A DNA stretch of 42,514 nucleotides from Desulfobacterales bacterium. Lineage in GTDB: Bacteria; Desulfobacterota; Desulfobacteria; Desulfobacterales; SG8-13. The stretch lies in assembly GCA_037383965.1 (NCBI GenBank), contig JARROL010000001.1, positions 990-43,503 of the forward strand, read 5' to 3'. A program made the translations under genes and the position numbers. The notes under the pieces are model-generated. The model was not told where the DNA came from and did no database searches. It worked only from the letters and a program-made list of their open reading frames with translations. Of the stretch, positions 34,808-42,514 are shown one piece after another; position 1 is the first letter of the stretch; every line of letters starts with the position of its first letter.

Positions 34808-35314
34808 TCAAATCACATTTCCGAGCAAACACCTGAGAAAAGATTCCTTGAGGGGGCCATCGGGGATTTCTTGTAAGCGGCGGTAGCATTTGGAACACAA
34901 GAAAAGTGGACCGTCAATTTTGCAGACGTCACAACTGATAATCTCGTCCTCGCAGGCATCACAGCGATAAAAAATTTTCTGAATCTCGGAGCTGTCCAGA
35001 GATCGGCACCAGCCGTCGAGCTGAACACCGATGCCGAAAGCAGGATGCGAGGTCGTCGGCAGGGGAGCGCACCTCTTGACCGTTGCATAGCAAAGCTTGA
35101 AATCCGGCGGGCAGCTCAACGCTTCCAAATTCTTCTCGATAAGTATTTGACAACCATCTCCGTCATCTATTGCGTTGTTGCCGACGAAATACATACCGTC
35201 GATGCTGCTGTTGTGTAAGGTAGCAGGGTAAAACTGTTCTTTGGAGCCGAGACCGTACATCACCGGCATTTGACAGGTGGTGCGGGGCCATGTTCTCCGG
35301 TCGGTCGGGTTCAT
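34808..35314 (-). CDS. PilZ-domain (c-di-GMP receptor-type) protein with C-terminal Cys-rich zinc-ribbon-like region
   Basis: RRTWPR (RxxxR) and NSSIDG (D/NxSxxG) motifs at the expected spacing. C-terminal CDACEDEIISCDVC...CSKC. Confidence 0.65.
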   Translation of the reverse strand: MNPTDRRTWPRTTCQMPVMYGLGSKEQFYPATLHNSSIDGMYFVGNNAIDDGDGCQILIEKNLEALSCPPDFKLCYATVKRCAPLPTTSHPAFGIGVQLDGWCRSLDSSEIQKIFYRCDACEDEIISCDVCKIDGPLFLCSKCYRRLQEIPDGPLKESFLRCLLGNVI

Positions 35315-35909
35315 CTTCTCATACCCATATTGTGAAGGCTGTCATGCTGATGTCTGGCCTTCGCCGGGAGCGGCGACTGATGGCCCGCAAGCGCTGTGTT
35401 TCCTGCTGGTTTCAGTCGTCAACCAAATGCCATCCATACTGTTGAATTGCGTATAAATTGATAACTTAGGTAAAATTATAATTAAAATTAGCTACAGTCA
35501 ATACTTTTTCATCCTGCTGCGGTCACGCTTTTCTGTCAGCAGTGGCAGACCGCAGCCATTATCCTCCTTTATACACTGTGTTACGTATGGATGACTTTAT
35601 AAGGCCTGTCTATAGGGGGAAAGCTTCAATTTATTTGGGGCTAAGACCCTTGATATAGGGATTTTTCCCGGATGTGCGGCCGGCCGTGTCATTATGCAGG
35701 AGATGGAATTATTTTTTGCCGGTTTCCTTAGGTCGTGTGCAACATACCCTTCAGTATCGGTACACCCAGTTCGGCCAATCGCCTGGCGACCTAGCGTTCT
35801 TCACCCGCCCGGACCGTTGACGCCGGGCGAGCCAGGACGACACCTCCCGGCGTCATGAACATCAAGTCGGAAACAAACATCAAAGCGATTTCGTCCCGAT
35901 AAGGGCAAA

Positions 35910-35937
35910 ATTGACATTTCCGCCCGATACAGTACAA
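35910..35937 (+). promoter_or_regulatory. Near-consensus sigma70 promoter for the lipoprotein gene
   Basis: TTGACA (35910-35915), 16-nt spacer, TACAAT (35932-35937). About 105 nt upstream of ATG 36044. Confidence 0.45.
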
Positions 35938-36043
35938 TTAATAATCATCGATACTCTGCCCGAACAGCGGTGGTCGATTGCCGGCGAACGTGTCGAGGTT
36001 GAGACCGCGAGTCGCCTTAATCACTGAATGAACTGGAGGGAAA

Positions 36044-36607
36044 ATGAAACTATCGGCCATCGCAGCGGTTGCGGTCATCGGTTTTGGTCTCGTCGGATTC
36101 AGCGGATGCACTCCCCGTACCCAAGTTGGGCTGAAATACCAGCCTGCGCTGATCAAACAATTTCCCTGTCGCAAGAGCGTGTCGATTGTCACTTTTAAAG
36201 ACGTGCGCAATAAAACCACAATCGGTGAAACGCAAAAGGGCGAGCCGATTTATGCGACCGCCTCCGTCTCCGAATGGATATCCAGGGCACTCACCGATGA
36301 ACTCAGGCGCGCCGGCTGTCGGGTCGAATATCACGACGCGTCTTATGGTTTCGATACCGATGTCACGCTCACTGGCGAAATCAAGGCCCTTAACCTAATT
36401 CAGATGACGTACACTGAGTACGACTCCGACATGCGCTTGAACATAATCCTGGAAAAGCAGGGTGAACGGGAATTCAGCAAAGAGTATTACAGCACCTTCA
36501 CGAAGAAGACGCTTCCATCTTCCGGTGTATCCGAGGAGGTTCTGACCGAACTGCTGCAGGGTATGATTCAGGAAATCGTACCGGACCTGCACAGCCGTCT
36601 CGAGTGA
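36044..36607 (+). CDS. Lipoprotein (unknown function)
   Basis: Signal peptide MKLSAIAAVAVIGFGLVGFSGC with a lipobox-like FSGC. SD is GGAGGG. Confidence 0.65.
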   Translation: MKLSAIAAVAVIGFGLVGFSGCTPRTQVGLKYQPALIKQFPCRKSVSIVTFKDVRNKTTIGETQKGEPIYATASVSEWISRALTDELRRAGCRVEYHDASYGFDTDVTLTGEIKALNLIQMTYTEYDSDMRLNIILEKQGEREFSKEYYSTFTKKTLPSSGVSEEVLTELLQGMIQEIVPDLHSRLE

Positions 36608-36674
36608 AAATGACTAAACATCTTGTCCCTTTGATGCCGAAAATAAAACCTGTTACCTGAAAGGACGATGCGGC

Positions 36675-37586
36675 GTGGCCATTCAGCAAAAGCGCGGTCC
36701 GGCACCACTCATCGGTGTCATGCAGCAGAAGGTGTTCGGACTACCTGTCGATCTCGCGGTCATTTTCAGCAACTATAAGAATGCCTACAAGAAGAGAATT
36801 GAAAAACGTCAGCGCTGGTTCATTGTGAGACTATCGTTCTTGAAGCCTTTCCTCGAATTGGACGAAAAAATCATGCAGGTTACCACCGGGCATTCACCCA
36901 CAACCATTTTCGAGAAAATGGGTCTCGGTTGGTTTTTCGTTTATTTAAAGAGATCGCTGCTGGTGTTCACCGACCGGCGTATTTTTCATGTTCCGACAAC
37001 CCCTGCGTATCGGTACCGCAATTCTGTCGCCCAGATTCCATATCGGCTCTGCCGTTCGATCAGCATGAAAGGCCGAAACCTGATCCTCGTTTACAAGGCC
37101 TCGGGGGTGACCGAAAAGTTTTTCAGCCTCGCCGGAAGAGAAAAAAAGAAAATCAGGGCAATTCTGAATGCGGTCCCGGTTTCAAATGACGGTGCTTCTG
37201 CCGGCGGCCGGACCCATCTTTGTCCGCGCTGCGCTGCGCCGCTATCCGTTTCCGGTTATGCGTGCCGACGGTGCCACCTCAGATTCAAGACCGGAAGACT
37301 TGCGACCCTGATGGCGGTTCTGTTGCCGGGAGGGGGATATTTTTATATCCGCCAGCCTTTCCTTGGTGTCATGTCGGCCATCCTTGAAATCTCCTTGCTG
37401 GCTTTGGTCGGCACTGCCTACAGCAACCTGGTCCACGGCGACAAACCGTTCTTGTTAGCCGGTGCCGCAACCCTTTTTATTCTCGAAAAGATAGCCGTTG
37501 CCATCCATGCCAATGTTTTCATTAATGAGTTTGTGCCTCGCCCAAAAAAGTTTGACTTTCAGTTAGTTAGCGATAAGGCCGGCTAA
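36675..37586 (+). CDS. Membrane protein with PH-like/GRAM-like segment, CxxC...CxxC zinc ribbon and C-terminal TM helices
   Basis: CPRCAAPLSVSGYACRRC, followed by hydrophobic LATLMAVLLPGGGYFYI, LGVMSAILEISLLALVG and FLLAGAATLFILEKIAVAI. GTG start at 36675 behind AAGGA, or ATG at 36720. Confidence 0.5.
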   Translation: MAIQQKRGPAPLIGVMQQKVFGLPVDLAVIFSNYKNAYKKRIEKRQRWFIVRLSFLKPFLELDEKIMQVTTGHSPTTIFEKMGLGWFFVYLKRSLLVFTDRRIFHVPTTPAYRYRNSVAQIPYRLCRSISMKGRNLILVYKASGVTEKFFSLAGREKKKIRAILNAVPVSNDGASAGGRTHLCPRCAAPLSVSGYACRRCHLRFKTGRLATLMAVLLPGGGYFYIRQPFLGVMSAILEISLLALVGTAYSNLVHGDKPFLLAGAATLFILEKIAVAIHANVFINEFVPRPKKFDFQLVSDKAG

Positions 37587-37664
37587 TGAGATCATTTCAG
37601 CGCACGGCGTTTGGAGCGTTGCGATTGGCGATGCCGAAGCTCCAGAAACCCCTTCGAAGCCGCT

Positions 37665-38714
37665 CTACCGGTTCCAGGAAAAAAGCCACGCGCCAATCGC
37701 CAGGAAGGTCAGGGTCATCAAAGCCAGGACGGCCAACTCAGGGCCCACGTCGATCAGTCCGGCGCCATCGTTCATGATCTTTCTAACGGCCTTCAGGAGA
37801 TGGGTCAGGGGAAAAATATTGGCAAAGCTTTTGACCCAGTGAGGCGCTCCTTCTATCGAGAACCATACCTCGGACAGAAACATCATCGGCCAGGCGATGA
37901 AGTTCAACAATCCGGTGGCAAATTCCTCGCTGGTTCCCCGCGAAGCGATCACCAACCCAAGTGCGGTCAGACTGAGGCTGCCGACGAAAAAAACGACCGC
38001 CAGATCCACATACGAGCCTTCAACGTGAAATGAAAAAATCACATCGCAACCGATCCAAACCACCGCAAGGGTGAACATCAGCAGAAAGATGCGCGAGAGC
38101 ATCTGGGCGCTCAGATATTCGAAGGCCGTCAGCGGTGTCGCCTTCAATCGCTTCAGAACGCCGTTCTTGCGATAGCGGACGACCACGTAACCCACCCCCC
38201 AGAGGGCGCTGAACATCATGTTCATTGTCAGAATACCCGGAAAAAACCAGTCGACATAACGGATCTGCCGTCCGCTGATTTCATTCTTCTGGGCCGGCAG
38301 ACTCAGGTCCGGCGGCAGCAGGCTGCTGCGAAAGATCTTTTCCACGATGTAGCCCTTGGGAGACGTATTGTTGAGCCAGTAAGGGTAGGGCGGCGGGCCG
38401 GCCTTTATCAGGAAATCGATTCTGTAGTGCTTGAGCTTGTCGAAGGCCTCATCGGCGGTTTTGAACCCGACGAACTGGATGTATTGAGTCCGAAGAAACT
38501 GTTCGGGAATGTCCAAGGTTGCGGGAACCACATTTTCGGTTTCAACGGGAAAGACGCCGACCTTGTATTCGGCATAGCGGTCGCCGCCAAAAATCAGGCC
38601 GAATCCGCCAATGATCAGGAACGGGAAAAGGAAGTTCCAGCCAAATGCGGCCCGGTCGCGTAAAAATTCACGGTTTCTGGCGACAAAAAGTGTCCAGAAT
38701 CTGATAAACTGCAT
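37665..38714 (-). CDS. ABC-2 type exporter permease
   Basis: 349 aa with one N-terminal TM, a large loop and five C-terminal TMs. It starts 2 nt after the ATPase gene. Confidence 0.8.
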   Translation of the reverse strand: MQFIRFWTLFVARNREFLRDRAAFGWNFLFPFLIIGGFGLIFGGDRYAEYKVGVFPVETENVVPATLDIPEQFLRTQYIQFVGFKTADEAFDKLKHYRIDFLIKAGPPPYPYWLNNTSPKGYIVEKIFRSSLLPPDLSLPAQKNEISGRQIRYVDWFFPGILTMNMMFSALWGVGYVVVRYRKNGVLKRLKATPLTAFEYLSAQMLSRIFLLMFTLAVVWIGCDVIFSFHVEGSYVDLAVVFFVGSLSLTALGLVIASRGTSEEFATGLLNFIAWPMMFLSEVWFSIEGAPHWVKSFANIFPLTHLLKAVRKIMNDGAGLIDVGPELAVLALMTLTFLAIGAWLFSWNR

Positions 38715-38716
38715 GG

Positions 38717-39598
38717 TTATTCTCTCAGTTGACGTCCGGTCAATGTGAGGAAAACATCTTCGAGGTTCGGCGACCGCACCGCCATGTTTTTCAGATTGAC
38801 ATTCTTGGCGACGAGTTCCGCCACAAAGCCGTTGAGATCATCGGTCATGACCTCGATTCTGTCCTGAACAACCTGGAAGGGAACGGAAAGCGGCGGCAGC
38901 GACGGGTTGAAACTCGTCATCGGCAGCTCAACGGTGACACCGCCACAGTGGCGTTTGATCAGCTCCGCGGGAGATCCCCGGGCGATGATGCGGCCGTAAT
39001 CCATAATGGCAATCTCGTCACACAGGGCCTGTGCTTCTTCCATGTTGTGGGTGGTCAGCACAATGGTTCGACCGCCGGCCTTGATGTTCTGAACGATCTC
39101 CCAAAGGTTGCGGCGCGCTTGGGGATCGAGACCGGTGGACGGTTCGTCGAGGAAAACCAGTTCGGGTTTGTTGACCAGTGCCAGAGCCAACAAAAATCGC
39201 TGCCGCTGCCCGCCGGATATGCGATCGTTGTATTGGCTCAGAAAGTCCTGCAGGTGACACATGGCGATCAGTTCCTGCAGGTCCGCTGTTTTCGTATAAA
39301 GTTTTTGAAAAGTGACCAGGGTTTCATGGACCGTTAGAAACGACAACAAGGCGGTTTGTTGAAACAAAATCCCCACCTCAGCCCGAAACGTATCGGTCCG
39401 CGGTCGGCCCTTGTAGAGAATTTCGCCTTCCGTCGGTGCGATGATGTCCTCGATGACCTCTATGGTTGTCGTTTTGCCGGCGCCGTTCGGACCCAACAGG
39501 CCGATACAAATTCCCTGCGGAATGGCAAAGGAAACCCCCCTGACGGCCTCCGTACGGCCGTACCTCTTGACCAGGTTTTTAACTTCGAGTAGAGCCAT
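38717..39598 (-). CDS. ABC transporter ATP-binding protein (DrrA/CcmA-like)
   Basis: Walker A GPNGAGKTTT, signature ISGGQRQR, Walker B LVFLDEPSTGLD. Confidence 0.9.
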   Translation of the reverse strand: MALLEVKNLVKRYGRTEAVRGVSFAIPQGICIGLLGPNGAGKTTTIEVIEDIIAPTEGEILYKGRPRTDTFRAEVGILFQQTALLSFLTVHETLVTFQKLYTKTADLQELIAMCHLQDFLSQYNDRISGGQRQRFLLALALVNKPELVFLDEPSTGLDPQARRNLWEIVQNIKAGGRTIVLTTHNMEEAQALCDEIAIMDYGRIIARGSPAELIKRHCGGVTVELPMTSFNPSLPPLSVPFQVVQDRIEVMTDDLNGFVAELVAKNVNLKNMAVRSPNLEDVFLTLTGRQLRE

Positions 39599-39691
39599 CG
39601 ATTATCACTTAGAATCCGTTACCTCAGTTAAGAACGGACTAAATTTTCGACAGTATAACCATTCCGGCGCGGTTATCAATTTGTATTTGGC

Positions 39692-39720
39692 TTGACAACC
39701 GTGACCACGGGGTTTAAGTT
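39692..39720 (+). promoter_or_regulatory. Candidate sigma70 promoter for mobB
   Basis: TTGACA (39692-39697), 17-nt spacer, TAAGTT (39715-39720). Confidence 0.35.
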
Positions 39721-39831
39721 CCGCTCGCTTTGCCGGCCTCCGTCGGCAGAATGCTAACCGCTGCGAACCGGTGAGAACAGATTATCACCGCGAAGCTGTT
39801 TCTGAGGGCAGATGCAGTGTTTGGAGGTTGG

Positions 39832-40341
39832 ATGCCGGTTATTTTGTCGATCGTAGGTAAATCCGGAAGCGGAAAAACGACGCTGATCGAAAGATTGGTC
39901 CCCGAGTTAAAGCGCCGGGGCATACGGATCGGCACGATCAAGCATGCGGCCCACAACATAGAGATGGACAAACCGGGAAAAGACAGTTGGCGGCACAAAC
40001 AGGCTGGGGCCGATACCGTTATGGTGGTGGCCCCGCAAACCATTGCCCTGGTAAAGAGCATGCCCTCACCGAATCTGGATGAACTCGAAAAATATTTCGA
40101 CGATGTCGATCTGGTCCTGACCGAGGGATTCAAATCCGGTCCCATGCCGAAAATAGAGGTGTTCCGTCAAGCAGCGCATGCGGAACCCTTGTGCCGGGGC
40201 GATGACCAGTTGATAGCCTTCGTGACGGACACGACATTCGATCTAGACGTACCCTCCTTTGGGTTAAATGATGTCGCTCAGTTGGCCGACCTGATCGAAG
40301 AGCGCTGCAGTAGTGCTCGATACGTCCGACGAGCACCCTGA
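39832..40341 (+). CDS. mobB: Molybdopterin-guanine dinucleotide biosynthesis adapter protein MobB
   Basis: VILSIVGKSGSGKTTLIERL...GIRIGTIKHAAH...KPGKDSWRH..AGA. The ATG at 39832 behind GGAGG is preferred over the GTG at 39817. Confidence 0.85.
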   Translation: MPVILSIVGKSGSGKTTLIERLVPELKRRGIRIGTIKHAAHNIEMDKPGKDSWRHKQAGADTVMVVAPQTIALVKSMPSPNLDELEKYFDDVDLVLTEGFKSGPMPKIEVFRQAAHAEPLCRGDDQLIAFVTDTTFDLDVPSFGLNDVAQLADLIEERCSSARYVRRAP

Positions 40342-40504
40342 TTCTCTGCGGCCCACCGAAAATTCCGAATGACGTGTTAAAATCCCTCACGACCTCCTTT
40401 TGTCCAAGGGAGGCGAGTTTCCCTTCAGTCAAAAAGGTGGTTGGGGGGTTCTTCAAAATAAGGTTGTCTGCTGGAAGTATGTTATCTGGAGAGTGGACCA
40501 AAAC

Positions 40505-40534
40505 AAAAAGGGGCTCGATGTCGAGCCCCTTTTT
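40505..40534. terminator. Bidirectional rho-independent terminator between mobB and cooS
   Basis: AAAAA-GGGGCTCG-atgt-CGAGCCCC-TTTTT. The A-run and T-run flank the stem, so it can terminate transcription on both strands. Confidence 0.8.
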
Positions 40535-40555
40535 GGTATTCAGATTGAGTGACGG

Positions 40556-42514
40556 CTAGGCGACTTCCAACTTCTGGCGGTCGGCCATATCCATCAGCAC
40601 CCGCTCGCGGGCCTTGTCGATGCCCAAGGCCTTGCGCTTCTTGTCGATGTGCTCGATCATCATGCGGGCCAGTTCATAGGGGTCGGGCGAAAATCCCCAT
40701 TTGCCGAGCCCTTGTTTTTCCAGGCCGTCGAAGAGCAGCTTGTAGAATTTGGTCTCTTCAACGATCGGGAAGGTGACGCCGAACACGGTGTACACACCCG
40801 AGGCCACGAAGTACTGGCCGATACTGATGGCCTTCTCGCTCATCCACTCCGGTGCGGCCCCGGCCACCGGCAGGTCGGCGATGCTGTCGCCCAGACCGCC
40901 CTCATTGACCATTTCGGCGCAGGCGATCAGGATGCGGCTGTTGTCGACGCAGGAGCCGATACCGAGCACCGGCGGCATGCCGACGGTCTCACAAACCTCG
41001 CGCAGCCCCGGCCCGGCCATGACGGCCGCTTCGGGCGTGGTCAGCCCGGCCTTGGCCAACGCGACCTGGGAACATCCGGTCTGCACGACCAGAACGTCGT
41101 TTTTAATCAACTCCTTGACCAGTTCGACGTGGACCCAGTCCTGCTTGACCCGCGGGTTGGTGCAGCCGACCACGCCGGCCACGCCGCGGATGCGGCCGTT
41201 GATGATGTTGTCGTTGAGCGGACGGTAGGAGGCCCGGAACGTTCCGCCGAGCATGTACTTGATGTACTCGTGGGAGAACCCGTGGACGCCGATGTTGCGG
41301 ATCTGCGGGATTTCCACTTTGGCCTTGCGGTTCTTGAAGCGGCTGATGGCTTTGATGACCACCTCGTCGGTGCAGTCCTTGGGGCTGTGCTCGTGGAACT
41401 CGATGTGGGTAGCACCCTCGATGTGGCAGCGCGGGTTGGTGGTGATCAGGGGCGTGCCGTAGCACTCGGCCACCTTGGCCAGGCCCTGCTTGATGCACTG
41501 AACATCGACGCACATGACGTCGACCGCGCCGGTCACCAGCACCGCTTCGGTCGACATGAAGTTGCCGGCGTGGGGGATGCCGTGACGCACCAGGACCTCG
41601 GCCCCGGAACAGCACATGCCGGCCAGGTTGATGCCCTTGGCACCGGCTTTCTTGGCCTCTTCGATCAGGCTTTCTTCATTGCACGATTCGATCATCGATT
41701 CGAACAGGTTGGGCTCGTGGCCGTGGACGATGACGTTGACGTAGTCTTCCTTGAGCACGCCCATGTTGACCTCGATGCTGATGGGCGACGGCGTGCCGAA
41801 AAGGATGTCGGAAATCTCGGTCGCCACCATGGAACCGCCCCACCCGTCGGCCAGGGCCGTGCGGCTGCACTGTTTGGCGATGTTCTCGTAGTGCTGGTCG
41901 ACGCCCATATGGGTGCGATGCATGATTTCCATGATCTCGCGCATCGAACCGCGGGGGACGATACCCAATTTGCGCCAGGTTTCCAACGTTTTTGCTGGGA
42001 CACGATCGGCAAAGGGAATTTCCCCTTCCACCTGGGTGTAGGTTCGTTCCAATTCTTCGTAGAGGTCTTTGGCGATGTCCATCATCTCGCGGCCTTCGGT
42101 CTCGATGCCGATGGAGCGGGCCACCTCTTCCAGTTTGACGGTGTCTTTGATCTTGTAGTCTTGAATGTTGCCGTTGACCACTTCCCGGAACAGGTCGAGC
42201 ATGCTCATGCCATGGTCGGTGTGAGCAGCGCACCCGGAGGCGACCATGCGGGCGAAGTTACGGGCCATGATGGTGTCGATGGTGGCGCCGCAGACGCCGA
42301 CCTTACCGTAGGGGTCTTTGGCGTTCAAGCGGCAGGGTCCCATGGAGCAGTGCTTGCAGCAGGCCGAGTCCGCGCCGATGGGGCAGGCCTTCATGTTGAC
42401 GGCCCGGTCAAAGGCGGTTTCCACGCCGTCGCGCTTGGCTTTTTCAAGCATCTGGATCGTGGCGTCGCAGGTCGTCAGGTCCCGGAAGTTGATCTCTTTT
42501 TCCTTTTTCGCAAT
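40556..42514 (-). CDS. cooS: Anaerobic Ni-dependent carbon monoxide dehydrogenase catalytic subunit (CooS/AcsA family); 5' end beyond window
   Basis: ACPIGADSACCKHCSMGPCRL, VIVHGHEPN, VVGCTNPR. The frame stays open for 21 codons upstream of Met 42451 (IAKKEKEINFRDLTTCDATIQ-M...), and this stretch aligns with CODH N-termini, so the true start lies outside the window. Confidence 0.9.
   Translation of the reverse strand: MAKKEKEINFRDLTTCDATIQMLEKAKRDGVETAFDRAVNMKACPIGADSACCKHCSMGPCRLNAKDPYGKVGVCGATIDTIMARNFARMVASGCAAHTDHGMSMLDLFREVVNGNIQDYKIKDTVKLEEVARSIGIETEGREMMDIAKDLYEELERTYTQVEGEIPFADRVPAKTLETWRKLGIVPRGSMREIMEIMHRTHMGVDQHYENIAKQCSRTALADGWGGSMVATEISDILFGTPSPISIEVNMGVLKEDYVNVIVHGHEPNLFESMIESCNEESLIEEAKKAGAKGINLAGMCCSGAEVLVRHGIPHAGNFMSTEAVLVTGAVDVMCVDVQCIKQGLAKVAECYGTPLITTNPRCHIEGATHIEFHEHSPKDCTDEVVIKAISRFKNRKAKVEIPQIRNIGVHGFSHEYIKYMLGGTFRASYRPLNDNIINGRIRGVAGVVGCTNPRVKQDWVHVELVKELIKNDVLVVQTGCSQVALAKAGLTTPEAAVMAGPGLREVCETVGMPPVLGIGSCVDNSRILIACAEMVNEGGLGDSIADLPVAGAAPEWMSEKAISIGQYFVASGVYTVFGVTFPIVEETKFYKLLFDGLEKQGLGKWGFSPDPYELARMMIEHIDKKRKALGIDKARERVLMDMADRQKLEVA

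Noticed and set aside
39714-40145. 143-aa minus-strand ORF opposite mobB
   Set aside because: It is a shadow of the well-supported mobB frame (Walker A, IGTIKH).
40374-40559. 61-aa plus-strand ORF between mobB and cooS
   Set aside because: It has no SD, runs through the bidirectional terminator, and has no motif. It is likely non-coding.
1-42514. Search for tRNA, rRNA, tmRNA, RNase P, SRP RNA, prophage or defence-island hallmarks
   Set aside because: No characteristic conserved boxes were seen (for example GGTTCGAATCC T-loops or rRNA signatures), and no integrase, restriction, Cas, reverse transcriptase or toxin-antitoxin-like ORFs. By-eye scanning cannot exclude small RNAs.

Overview
GC-rich chromosomal segment with AT-rich intergenic islands. 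It looks like an energy-metabolism neighbourhood of a sulfate-reducing Desulfobacterota (Desulfobacterales-like) genome; the taxonomy is inferred from gene content only. Content from left to right: (1) A minus-strand operon with a Trp-rich repeat (propeller-like) protein and a DsrM/TmcC-type membrane cytochrome b. The cytochrome b gene runs off the window and is missing from the ORF track. (2) A consensus sigma54 promoter with four 17-bp palindromes upstream, driving two paralogous Cys-rich GcvH-like proteins. (3) A convergent operon of a cytoplasmic PAS histidine kinase, an NtrC-type sigma54 activator and an archaemetzincin. (4) A decayed IS630 transposase remnant. (5) A large redox cluster: a ~1484-aa HdrA-GltD/NfnB-HdrA fusion (HdrL-like), MvhD, three Flx-like Fe-S/flavin subunits, then monocistronic dsrC. 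The HdrL-like and MvhD genes are each split in the ORF track by an in-frame TGA at a conserved Cys position, so both are probable selenoproteins. (6) Housekeeping and accessory genes: YjbQ, a siroheme decarboxylase-like AsnC protein, a nitrilase-family hydrolase, RarD, a crotonase and a family III CoA-transferase. (7) A tandem pair of dynamin-like membrane GTPases behind a repeat-decorated intergenic region. (8) Threonine ammonia-lyase, a TIGR00300/LOR-SDH-like protein, carbamate kinase and a cDPG-synthetase-like P-loop protein. (9) A lytic transglycosylase, an aldolase gene fragment, an SDR, a PilZ/zinc-ribbon protein, a 730-bp non-coding gap, a lipoprotein, a membrane zinc-ribbon protein and an ABC-2 exporter. 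(10) mobB with a structured leader, and a 5'-truncated Ni-CODH gene (cooS). No rRNA, tRNA or CRISPR array was recognised. Best candidates for undescribed biology: the sigma54-controlled pair of lipoyl-lysine-less GcvH-like proteins with duplicated C-x12-C-x5-C-x2-C motifs, the HdrBC-less selenoprotein HdrL/MvhD/Flx/DsrC module, and the tandem dynamin-like GTPases. All calls come from by-eye motif recognition. No database search was possible.
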